Assembly: GCA_010909165.1 (NCBI GenBank)
Contig: VJWM01000116.1
Coordinates: 558,001-622,000 of the forward strand
DNA length: 64,000 nucleotides
Reading direction: 5' to 3'
Source of the DNA: Anthoceros angustus
Taxonomy: Eukaryota > Plantae > Anthocerotophyta
Made by a program: the position numbers and the translations under genes. Shown one piece after another: positions 42,700-53,942 of the stretch (the first letter of the stretch is position 1; each line of letters starts with the position of its first letter). Under the pieces are notes generated by a model that ran no database searches, had not been told where the DNA came from, and was given only the letters and a program-made list of their open reading frames with translations.

Positions 42700-44360
42700 C
42701 TGATCAACAGGAAGTAGTGTTCCAACGAACAAAAACCTCCCAAATAGATCGCAGTGCCATCCAAGAAATGGCACAAGCCTGAAAAATTATGAGAGGAAAG
42801 TACCTGGTTAAGTCATGTAAAACAACCAACCACACTGAGAAACGAGGAATGGTACCTTATGGACAATTAGTTTGATGAGGTCGCGACACTAGAAAAAATC
42901 GTGGGCATCTCTTGAGAAAGGAATCAGAAAGCAAAGCGTGAAACCATTGTCAGTTCCATGCTTGCTGGATTCTCACCAAGGCCAAGCAAGCAATTCAAAA
43001 ACTCAGAGGCCTAACCCCAGCATATACAAATTCTTGCCTGCGGTGTCCATAATCATGAAGTATTGGGCAGTTGTGAAGATGGGGTCAGCAGTGCTACTAA
43101 GGAAACATCTTGTCTCAGCTATACCGCTGTTGCCAGAATGCTGCATTGTCATCCTGGCTCTCAGGCTCTCCTGGAATCGATTGCTCGTCAGGTCTTTGTA
43201 CTAGCATAAGAACATTCATGTCAACACGATGGAAGAGACGTACCTTTGCAATGCCTGATTTTCATGAATGAGAAACTCACCACATGGGTCATCTATACCC
43301 TTCTTACGCTCAACTGCAGGCAAAAACCAACCACGCATAAATGCCGTGATACCATAGTCTTGCAGTGAGCTCCATCTTGGCATCATACGAACACTCAATC
43401 AGGGACTCGGGGTTCCAATGCGCCAAAGTCAAGTGCAGTAGCAGCTTGAGTGAGCTTTTGAAGTAAACCCCTGGCGGCACGGTCCCCAGCCAGTGCACTT
43501 GCCTATCAAGTACAGAGTAGGGTTTTTTAACCTACATCTCCGAACAGCTGGGACTTGAACTGCCAGGAGCTGTAACAACGTTGAGTAAGATATCTACCTG
43601 GCTTTGCAGAAGGTTTAGAATTGCAGGTCCTGAGAGATTTTGAGCAGCTGCCTCCTATAGACTAGTGCAGCTGCCTTCTGTACTACAGCTCCCGATGCTT
43701 ATGGGCAAAGCATAAACCTATACCAGCGAACAGGATTCAAGACACTGGACGACTAATCGGCACAACGTGAAGAAGCCCAGTGGTGCTTGCAGGTAAATGC
43801 AACACTGATGCTTTCGCGATCAATTTCTCAGGCACGTGACTTCATGTCACTTGACACTGCTAATGAATCCTTACTTGAGAAGCTCAGTAAGCATATGACA
43901 AAAAACAAAGTTCATCGCCACTTAGTATCAGGATTCGCATTCAGCAAGTGTCCATCAGTTTTGTCCAAGGCCTTCAGGAATCGCCGACCTCGGCAGGCGG
44001 CCAGCAAAACGAATTCGAAAGACGTGCATGCGAGCCCCCGTGAACAGGCGCGTTGGCAGTGCATGGCTGCAGGTCACTTATACGGGTGTTGGATGGTTGG
44101 TCTGAATAGCACTGTCCTGCGCAGCCTTGGAGCAGAACTGAAGACTCTCTCAAGTGCCAGTTGCAGCCACCGATTTCTGGGTTCATCGGGTGCAGCTGCC
44201 GGTCGCCATCGACTCGAGGGGCATCGCCAAGTTCCTGGCAAGCAACAGTAGTCACTGCATTCAGCAACAACGATATGAGATGGCGGTGATTCCGACTAAG
44301 TTTGTCATGGTTGCGATGGTGCTGTGCGTGGGTGGGTAGCCTGCGTACTGCGTACGCCAT
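42700..44360 (-). pseudogene. Degenerate intron-containing gene of unknown family
   Basis: Long frames with scattered stops joined by short GT-AG introns (~43201-43243, ~42779-42855). Confidence 0.35.
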
Positions 44361-44923
44361 TGGAGGGGATTATGATGAGTCTCGTTGCAGTTCCCAACTG
44401 CGCATGCCCAGAGCAGCGCGGCGGATCGTGCGTCTGTCACTTTAGTGAGATGGGGCTTTTATACTTCCCAGATCGAGCTCGCATGTTACTATGAGATTTG
44501 AAATAAAGCAGGAGGCGTGGTGCCTGGTTGAGAAGAAGAGAAGAAGAATTTTATTGAAGTCCACTAAGGACGGATTTCCATCATGGGAGGCCCTGAAGTG
44601 TCTACATGGACTCCATTGGCTTCTCGCCTATGTCTACTGCGGCTGAGGCTGCCTATCGCCTCCACGAGAGGCAGCCTCAGCTGCGGTATCTTCGTAATAC
44701 CAGAGTGGCAGCACAATTGCAGCTCAACATCGATCCCATGGAACTTTGATATCCAGATTGCAGACCAATTAGTCATGGTCATTGTATCCACCATACTACC
44801 ACACAACCAATGCCAGTACCTGCATTCAAAACATTCGGAATTGGCCAATTGGGCCGATGAAGAAGAAGGAGGCAACCTTATTAATTATGTTATTTTAATT
44901 ATTTACAACCTCTATGACATCAA

Positions 44924-44996
44924 GCCGCCCTAGCTCAGTCGGTAGAGCGCAAGGCTCTTAACCTTGTGGTCGGGGGTTCGAGCCCCCCGGGCGGCG
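44924..44996 (+). tRNA. tRNA-Lys (CTT)
   Basis: Complete cloverleaf: GCCGCCC/GGGCGGC acceptor stem, CAAGG-CTCTTAA-CCTTG anticodon arm, GGGGG-TTCGAGC-CCCCC T arm; upstream CAA and AT-rich tract. Confidence 0.96.
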
Positions 44997-46796
44997 GTAA
45001 GGACAGCGATCAGGAAACAGATAGACATTTTGGAAAGTTCTATAAGTTCCACAGATAAGAAATTTTGCCGGTATATTGTCCGGTGTGCTACCATTCCAAT
45101 GGTGAGAGTCTTGAGATACAACACAACCGACAGGAAGGAATTGCACTGGAAACATTATGGGCATCATAATCGAATCTCAGCAACCACCTTCATCCTCACC
45201 ACCGGCATTGAAAGTTCCCTCCGAGCCCACATAATGCATTCAATGACGCCTTGAGTACAGGAGGGACTGAAGAGTGCGAATTAACACAACAGAATACAGC
45301 CTCTCCACTTCCTTAAACATCAAGCTTGGGATGGAAGTCATAGCTGCCTACGGTAGCTTCATGAACATGACTGCTGACAGTGGTGCAGCTTTCCGTTAGT
45401 CACCTGGAGAAGACGGAAGTCTCTCATGAGGACTTGTTGACCAGACTTCCAGTCTTGCGATATCAAACGTTGATGCTTCCTAGGCGAGATATTATCAAAA
45501 AGCTCCGTGAGGGAACGAGAGAACGAGATTCTGCTGCATCACAGGTTGATAATGACAGCAGTTGAATGAAGTCAGACTGCGCCTTGCTTGACTGCTGAAG
45601 CGTGGAGTTTCAGGCTCTTACAGAGCTGATGCAGCAGAAAGGCAAGCTAGAGGAACAAGTTTGCGAGCTGAAAACCGACCTCACTTTTCTGCACAATCAG
45701 GTACGAAGACACGCAAGCCATGCTTGCAAGACCGGAAGAATGGTGGGCGATACGATTGTTTTAGCGTCAACGGAGAAATCTACAGCCAGCGGTAGACACG
45801 TTAAGACATGGAGCGATGCCTAGAGAAGAACGTCGGCCGGTAAGTCTTCGGAAAGGAGGAAAATTGGTGGCCCAAAAGTTGGCAGATCCTAGTTGCCGGC
45901 CCTTGCTGGCCGGCGGGACTGCCTGAGCAGTTTGTCGAGGATTGTAGTGCCCATCAGATCTGGTGGGCTTGGGTAGTACATGTACATGTTTGTACCTTGT
46001 ATTGATTCGCGTCTGTGGACAGATCATGCAGCTGCGTTTGCGAGAGTGGATAATTGGAGTCTGAGTCCTTCTGCCGAATCCAGGGAGGGGCTTAGTCTGG
46101 AGCTGTCTGTTCTTTTTGCGCCCTGCCCACCTAAATATTCCTGCCATAAGAATGAAATCTGGAGTACCAGTGCCTTTTAAGGGAACAGGAGCCACACATG
46201 CCTTTCGCTGCCATGTCTGTACTGTGCCTGCTGGACAACATACGGCACATTCATGGAAACGCCAAATGGCTACCGGTGTGGTACCATTGTTAGGCCCCCC
46301 TCTGGGTGCATCAACACTGGAAAGTCGGGCGGCTCAGCATCCTGAGTACGCCACAGAATTCCACCAATCTATCTTCGCTACTGCTACGTGCTACCATTTC
46401 CTTCTTTCCTGCTCCCCTATGTAACTTTGCCACTTTTGTGGCTGCCAACGCCAAATGAAACACTTGCAGTTTCGGAGTCCGACCAATCGATTTCACTTTG
46501 CCTTGCTCCGCTTGCTTGCAAACAATTTGCTGCTCTCCAGCCTGCATCCTTTGTTCATCTGTTGTCGTGAGCTGTTGCTGCAGCAACGGCTAGCTGGTTG
46601 ATCACTGGTTGGCGCCCATTCTCATCATATTGCTTGAAGAGAATGTCTGGTGCAGAAGCGAGAAGCTGACTGCGGAGGCTCCACTGTGCTTGCTTGTGTG
46701 AAGGTAGGTAGGGGGCTTCTCGCGCGTCCGGAGTATTGGTGGATTTTGCCACAACTCCTCTGGCTTCTTCAGTCCTCGCAACCGCATTCACACCAC

Positions 46797-48146
46797 ATGG
46801 CTGTCAAGCGGGCAATGTGCGAACTACAAGAAGAAGATCCGCCTGGGATGTCACACCCAAATGCCTCAGAGTCCATCTTGCCAACAGGTCCAATATTTCC
46901 AGAATCCATTGCTCCTTGTGTGCGTGAGCCGAAGCATTTGCTGACCTTGAAAGAAGAAAATGCACAGGTGGGGAGTATCTCGAGTCCCAGCGGCTGCCTT
47001 ATGCGACTCAATGCAGGGGACCGACGCTCTCTAGGTCTCTGGTAGCTGTCACATCAGGGGCCCTGTCTGAAAATCAGCCAAGGCAGGGTGTGAAGAAGAT
47101 TGCAGATAGCCGCAGGAGAGAAGTGGCAGAAACTTCCACCGCAGCTTGTAGTAAGTCTGGTCACACATCGGACCATGATGTTCACATCCAGACAGAAAGG
47201 GAACGACGAAAGAAGATGAACGACCTGTTTTCCACCCTCCATTCTTTACTTCCAAATCCTAGTGCCAAGGTCAGCCCCTTACCCTTTTCCAGCTGCTTGT
47301 TGAACTGCAAGCTAGCTCGCATTTGAACATGCATCACCGGCACCACTGCCATTTGAATGACTGTATGTGCACGTCCCAAAATCCTCCAGTAGGTGCATCA
47401 CCTCCTTCAAAGCTCTCGGGCTGACCTACTCTGTCTGTTGCTTGGCAGGCGGACAAGTCGACGATAGTAGACGAGGCCATCAACTACATTCAGGTTCTGC
47501 AAGAGGACCTGGACAAACGCCGCTTCGAGGCTTCAACTGGCCGTTTGCGAATTCGCAACTACCCAGTCGCTACCAGCCATGACAAGAAGATGTTCAGTTC
47601 TTGTGAATCACCTTTTCCGCAGCCCTCTGTGCCTGTGCTACTAGTAGGCACCGACTCTAACCCTTCATCATCATCTTGCTTGTTAGAAGACACCCGATGC
47701 TTGCCCCCTAACCTTCCTGGCCCAGGAGCTCTCATCAGTGGCCTCAGCCCTCCAAGCTTCCAGACATTGTCTTCCTCCAACGTGGTGCTCAACGTCTGTG
47801 GCCATGATGCTTTCATCTGTATTTGCAGCCCTCGACAGCCTTATCTACTGTCTCGGATTCTCTATGTGATGGAGAAACACAAACTCTTTGTCATGAACGC
47901 TCATATCACCAGCACACACAGTAGCAGCCTGTACATGATTCATGCCCAGGTCAGTGGTACGCTGATCAGCTGCTGCTGCTGCTGCTTGTGTCTCCTCTCC
48001 TGCGCCTTGTGCCTTTAAAATAACAGAGGGAGCATGATCTTGTGACGCAGCCCGTGGATGAAAACTGCCACGACCTGGGAGATGAGTATCTCAAGACAAC
48101 GCTGGAAGACCTGTCCGACTGTTTGCCTCCACTGCCGTCGCTCTGA
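46797..48146 (+). CDS. ZOU: bHLH transcription factor, ZHOUPI/bHLH95 homolog
   Basis: [39 protein letters not shown] and C-terminal [25 protein letters not shown]; exon 1/2 phase is off by 1 nt at a G run, so the start is uncertain. Confidence 0.85.
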
Positions 48147-48762
48147 AGTCTCACTGCAGGCTGACTAGTCTGATACATACATACATACGTACATACCTAC
48201 AACTGATGTAATTAGAGACGCTTTAGTCGTGTGTATGTGTCAGAAACCAAGAGATCCTTGTGAATTTCGTGGGGCTGCTGGAGGTTGGCTGCGCTCCCGC
48301 GACATTTGAGCTGTGCTTTTTCAGGGCTGCGGCTGCTGTGATCTTGTAGGTGATAGGGATTGTGGCTGCAGGGGGCTGTAGGGCTTGTGGTGGCTGTGGG
48401 GCTGCAGGGGCTCTTTTGTGGTGGCTGCAAATTTTCTTTCTACGTGGCTGGAGGCTATGATGTGGGCTGGAGGCTGGAGGCTGGAGGGGGGAGGCGGGAG
48501 GCTATGATGTGGGCTCGAGGCTCGAGGCTGTGGTGTGGACTGCAGTTGGCGGGGAGGCTGGAGGAGGTAATGATCGTGGCAGGGGCTGACTTTGTGGAGG
48601 CTGTAGGAGCTGATCTTGTGGCGGCTGCAAGGGCTGAGTATGTGACGGCTGGAGGGGCCACTTTTCAGTGGCTGCAGGGGTTGCTTTTGTGCTAGAGCAT
48701 CTGCAACAAGTGGCGGCTTCCTGAAGCGGTGGCTTCTTTCAGGGATTGGCGAGGGAGACGCA

Positions 48763-49160
48763 ATGTCTTGGCAATCTTTCTCCATGGAAGGGATAAATCG
48801 ACTACTGCAACAGAATGACCAGCTCGTAGGGACCATGAATGAAATTTTACAACTGGTCCGGCAGAGCAACCAGGTCTTGGGGGCCATAAATCAAGATGTG
48901 CAAGCGATCAGACAAAATGTGAGCAAATGCAGCAAGATGTGCAAGCCCTGCAAGCCAATGTCTTGGTGCAAGAGGTGCGGCAGTTTGAAGTTAATGGGAA
49001 TCGGCGTGTGTTAAACTCGCAAGCGGGTATAGTTGATAGTTTGACATCGCTAAACGTGGCCCCGCCCGGGGTTGGCCCACCAATTAACCTTCCACCGACA
49101 GCTAGGGATGTGATGGAAGCTCCGTGATCGACTATTTATTGCATATGTATGAGCCCTGTT
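48763..49160 (+). pseudogene. Coiled-coil protein with possible Mug135_C/DUF1773-like C-terminus (frameshifted)
   Basis: Heptad Q/V-rich region, then RVLNSQA..DSLTSL..LPPTARDV..IDYLLHMY. Confidence 0.45.
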
Positions 49161-49353
49161 CTGTCACTGGGGTGTTCGTGCCTAATGGATATTGGATTGG
49201 GTATTCGTGCCTATGGATATATTGGATTCGGTGTTGGTGCGTAATGGATATTGGATGTTTGTCGTGCCTAGGGGATAATGGAAGGCAGAGTTTGCATTTG
49301 TATGTTGTGAGTCACCAAAAGCACGAAGAAAAACAATAAGCTCCTATAGGCTT

Positions 49354-50870
49354 GTGCTGTTGGAGAAGAAGTGTGATCTGTGTGCACATTACAGCCCCAA
49401 CATTGCACCTCTCTTCCCAAGTGGCCCTCGAGCCATAAATTTGATCCCCTTGTCTTTCTCAGCCTTTGAGCACCGATTGGCTCCACAATTCCTCCTCTGC
49501 CATGCACCTTGTGCGCACATGGGATCCATCAGATTTCACCTAGCTGTGATACCACAAGTAACACCCCTGTCTCCTTGTCTTCAATGTCCTGAGAGCTGCT
49601 TGCACCTCCGCTGTTGCCACGGTCGTCAGCTCACCTCTGAGGCACTGGGTTCAGCATCCTCCATACTGATGGCCTTGGGCACCTCCTCTACTTGCGTATC
49701 TCTGTCATCGGAATCACATTGCCATCTGGTTTGCAGCTCCTTTGTTTCCGTGTCGGTCACATCACTTGACTGACCAACTTGCACTAAGCTTCCCTCCTCC
49801 ATCGTTTCCGTCTCGGACACATCCCCTGACTCACCAACCGGCTTCGCCAATTCAGCTGTTTCTTCTAGGTTCTCGTCCGTTGGATCAGATGGGGAAGGTT
49901 CTGCAGCTTCTACTTCAGACGGCCCTTCACACTGAAAACCTGTATCAGGGATCTCATCAGCATCAACTTGTCCATGTGCATCCGAGGTGGCAGGTGGCCA
50001 CGCTTCCTTGGTCACAGCTTCTAAGCTCAGAGGAGTATCCTCTCCGACTACGAGATCACCGTCAGGCAAGCCCTCAGCTGTGCAAGGACTTCCAACTTCG
50101 GCCGATGTGGACTCATAGCATAGCTCTGGCTTCATTGCCTGCTATGTAATATCTTCAAGCCCCGACACCTCCTTGCAATCCTCTACCTCATCCAGACAGA
50201 CATACCCTTGAAGTGTCCCCAACTCACTTGTTAGATTGTTCTCTTTGCTATCTTCAACCTCAGGAACACTTGCTTCATCAACCACAGGGTGCAGAGGGTC
50301 ATCTTGGGGTGGAATCTGCTGTGTCTCTATTTCAGACAGATGAAGCAAGCAGACTTTGTCTTCCTGCAAACCGCTGAAGCTTTGTCACTCCAACCAGTCT
50401 AGGCAGCGATTCTGGGCACAAACAAACGAGCAATTCTTTCAAGTCTTTGAAGGATTGTTGCACACAAACACCATCACTTCCGTTCGGCATACACGAATGA
50501 AGCGATGGACAAGGACAAGCCTCTGCGCAATAGAATCCGCATCGACGGCAGACGCGAAATCCATGCTGTAAGCCCTCTTACAGCTGGAACACAAACAGAT
50601 CACGCTGTAAGAACGCTCCTTCGATGCCGCTTGCCGTTTAAGTAGAAATGAAGATGGCGACAAGGAACTGATACCAAACTCAACCGGGCACTTCAAGCCT
50701 TTGAAGGCTAATTCCTCGCTAACACCATCGCTTCCGTTCAGCATACGCAGATGATGCAGCGCACAATGACAAGACTCTGCCGGAAAAGAATTCGTATCGC
50801 CGGCAGACGAGAATTCCCCCTCGTAACGCCTCTCACACCTGGGGCATAAACAGATCCCGATGCCAGAGCA
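49354..50870 (-). pseudogene. Unknown gene remnant: duplicated Cys/His module followed by an acidic low-complexity region
   Basis: Successive acidic ORFs 50142-50369 and 49626-50135; two diverged modules at ~50470-50605 and ~50722-50860. Confidence 0.4.
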
Positions 50871-50887
50871 CGCTCTTGAAGCGAACA

Positions 50888-51739
50888 ATGAAGGCTCCCT
50901 GGACGCTGCTGCGGCTGCTGGTCCTCAGTCTGCACTTGCCTGCTCCTCACGCACACGCCCGAGCTCCGGCGCCTGCCCCAGCTCCGGCTCCCGCCAGGTA
51001 TGCCGGCACCAACTCCTTCAACTTCTCCATCTCAGAGTGGCACCGGAGCAGTTACATGACGCTGAGCGGGGACGCGGCCCTGGCGCCGGACGGGAGCAGG
51101 CTGCTGCTGGTGCCGGGCTTCAGGCAGTGGGGCACCGCACGGGCCACGTTCGCGGAGCGCGTCCTGTTTCTGGACGAGAGCAGCAAGGCGGAGGCGTCCT
51201 TCTCCACCGCCTTCACCTTCTCCATCCAGGTGAACGACTCGGGGTACATGGGGGACGGGCTCGCCTTCCTCATCGCGCCGGGGCAGGAGGTCCCCGCGGG
51301 GAACCAAGGCAAGGACCTGGGGCTGCACGACGCCGGGGCGTGGGACGGGGATCCCGCCATCCAGGTGCTGGCCGTGGAGTTCGACACGCACCGGAACCAG
51401 GACCTGCAGGACCCCAACGGGCATCACGTCGGCCTGGACGTGAACAGCCTCGTGTCCGCCATCACCAGGGACGTGTCGGCGCTGGACCTGGCGTTGGCCG
51501 ACGTCGCTTTGCACAAGCTCACCGCCTGGATCGACTACGACGCCGGCCGGCACCAGATCGAGGTGCGCCTGGCCAGGTACCCGGCTCCCAGGCGCGCCGC
51601 CACCCGCCTCTTCACCTACTCCGGAATCAACCTGGCGGAGATCGTGAATGGGGCGTCCTACGTCGGCTTCTCCGCGGCCACCGGCATGGCAACCGAGGAG
51701 AACGCTATCTACTCCTGGTCGTTTCAGAGCTGGCTGTAG
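50888..51739 (+). CDS. Secreted legume (L-type) lectin, intronless, no kinase domain
   Basis: Signal peptide, PAPAPAP linker, SFSTAFTF, GDGLAF, AVEFDT, HHVGLDVNS, AWIDY, YVGFSAATG, IYSWSF. Confidence 0.93.
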   Translation: MKAPWTLLRLLVLSLHLPAPHAHARAPAPAPAPAPARYAGTNSFNFSISEWHRSSYMTLSGDAALAPDGSRLLLVPGFRQWGTARATFAERVLFLDESSKAEASFSTAFTFSIQVNDSGYMGDGLAFLIAPGQEVPAGNQGKDLGLHDAGAWDGDPAIQVLAVEFDTHRNQDLQDPNGHHVGLDVNSLVSAITRDVSALDLALADVALHKLTAWIDYDAGRHQIEVRLARYPAPRRAATRLFTYSGINLAEIVNGASYVGFSAATGMATEENAIYSWSFQSWL

Positions 51740-52877
51740 GACTCTCACCACAAACTTCGCAAATTGCAATGGAAATGCGCTGTGAGCCTCAGTATAATAA
51801 TTAACAAGCAAGTCCTATTCCTGTCCACGTCTCCCCTAGAGGGGAAGAGAAGGAAGCCCTGAACCTGGAAAAAGCCCTGAACTTGGAAAAAGTACATATG
51901 CGTTCGGAGCATTTAGCATTAAGCGTGTCTTGCAATTACAGGAAATGAGCGTTCATGGATGTCTTGTTTGTGGCAGGTGCAGAAACTAGGAGGTGCATGA
52001 TGGTTCATGATGCGTTGAGGTAGAGGGTCGTGTCCTTAGAGCGTAGAACTGTTTAGCGACAGTCCTTCATTCCTCCCGCTCAGTTCTAGCGTCCGTCTTT
52101 GTGTTTGATGAGGGATCCATAGGAGCTTCAGAGAGCCTGCTATTTAGGCAACTAGTAGTTAGAAGTATCGTCAAGTTCTCATATGTTCCCACAGTCTAAT
52201 CTTGCTGATCTTCTCACGAAGTCATTAGGCAAAGCTCGTCATGAAACACTCACTTGAGCTCTAGGCCTCATGAACACAACTAGTGTCCCACCTAGCACCC
52301 TTAGCACCTAGCACCAGTGATAGGCAACTTCTATATGCTTTGAACACGATAATATTCATACCGTCGGAATAAACAGGAAGCGGCTTTTTCAATGAATAAA
52401 CTGGTAACCGGCGGGAACATGGGAACGAAACGCCTGATCCTGCCATTTTCCACAAAAAATGCTTCAAAATTACGGTTGCTTTGTGTGCAGGAAGCCGGGA
52501 TAATGTCATGACATAGGCTGGAAAAGGGATATACAACCTCGATGGGCACACATTTGCCTTGAAATAATGCCCATACATGACATTCTGTTGGTGGCAGCGA
52601 AGAGGGCACGAGAGAGGCCTCTTGCTATTCATTCAGTACGTAAAGGGTATATGATTTTGGAAAAACCGTTTTAATGAGGGAGTAATAACTATTGGAGATG
52701 ACAATGAAAATTCAACATGCAAGTCCTCGCTTTCCATCTTCCAAATCAAGACATGCAATTGCCGCTTCCATGCCTGGTGTGTGTTTTGTACCGCCGAGTC
52801 TCACCGCTTCATGGATGGGTGCTATCAAAGAAAAACAATCGCAAGGGGAACAAAAGTCTCCGTAAGAGTGAGGAGAT

Positions 52878-53720
52878 TGACTTACCTTAGAGAGAACTTT
52901 TGGACGCATGGACTCGAGAAATTCCGCCCCTTCTGACAAACATCGAAACATATGGATATTGAACTGCGGAGGTATTGTCACGGAGGCGCCGGCATGCCGC
53001 GCCTCAGATATATCTTCTGACGGTAGAAACAAGTGACTTACCTTGGACAACTCGTGGACGCATGGTCCCGCGAAATGCCGCCTTCCGACAAACGTTGAAA
53101 CATATGAGGAGCGAATGCGGGCTAGGGTATTGTCGGTGGAGGCGCGGCATGCCGCGCCTCCATCATACACCGCCTAAACTAGAAACAAGTGACTTACCTT
53201 GGAAAGAACTAGGGGACACATGGACCCGCGAAATGCCGTCCCATCTGACAAACGTTGAAACATATGAGGAGCGAACTGTGCGGGCTAGGGTATTGTCAGT
53301 GGAGGCGCCGGCATGCCAGTGCCTCCACTATCTATATTTTCTACAAACGGTAGAAACAAGTGACTTACCTTGCACAGAACTCGTGGACGCATGGCCCCGC
53401 GAAATGCCATCCCTTCTGAAAAACGTGTAAACACATGAGGAGTGAACTGTGTAGGGCAGGTGGAAGCAGTGGAGGCGCCGGCATGCCGGCGCCTCCACTG
53501 TTTATACCTGCTACAAACGGTAGAAACAAGTGACTAACCTTGGACAGAACTAGGGAACACATGGACCCGCGAAATGCCATCCCATGTGACAAATGTTCAA
53601 ACATATTAGGAGTGAACTGTGCAGGCTAGGGTATTGTCAATGATGGCGCCAGCATGCCGGCGCCTCCACGGTATTTTTGGAAGACAACTGGTAGACCACG
53701 TAAAAGCATGGACCCGGTAA
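52878..53720. repeat. Tandem array of five ~155-172-bp units, each with a GC palindrome
   Basis: TGACT(T/A)ACCTT at 52878, 53034, 53190, 53361 and 53531. Confidence 0.92.
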
Positions 53721-53942
53721 ACGCCTTCATTACATAGCGACGTAAAACGCATGCGACGTGTTCACCAACCTATCTAGTAATCGCCGAGTATGAAACTCGG
53801 AAGCCAACATACGCTAACTCTATCGTGAAAACAAAACCCTAAAATCTCTAGTCTTGGGACATCAATTCCTTCACAACCAAAGGACATCCATCATCCACTT
53901 CATGGTCATCCTCCTCTCCAGCTGCAGATAAGGTCGCTTGAT

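Noticed and set aside
45380-45823. Small coiled-coil exons downstream of the tRNA
   Set aside because: No recognisable family or complete gene model
50860-51811. Overlapping long ORFs around the lectin
   Set aside because: Shadow frames of a GC3-rich gene
52878-53720. CRISPR-like array
   Set aside because: Whole units are homologous with no unique spacers; no cas genes; eukaryotic context
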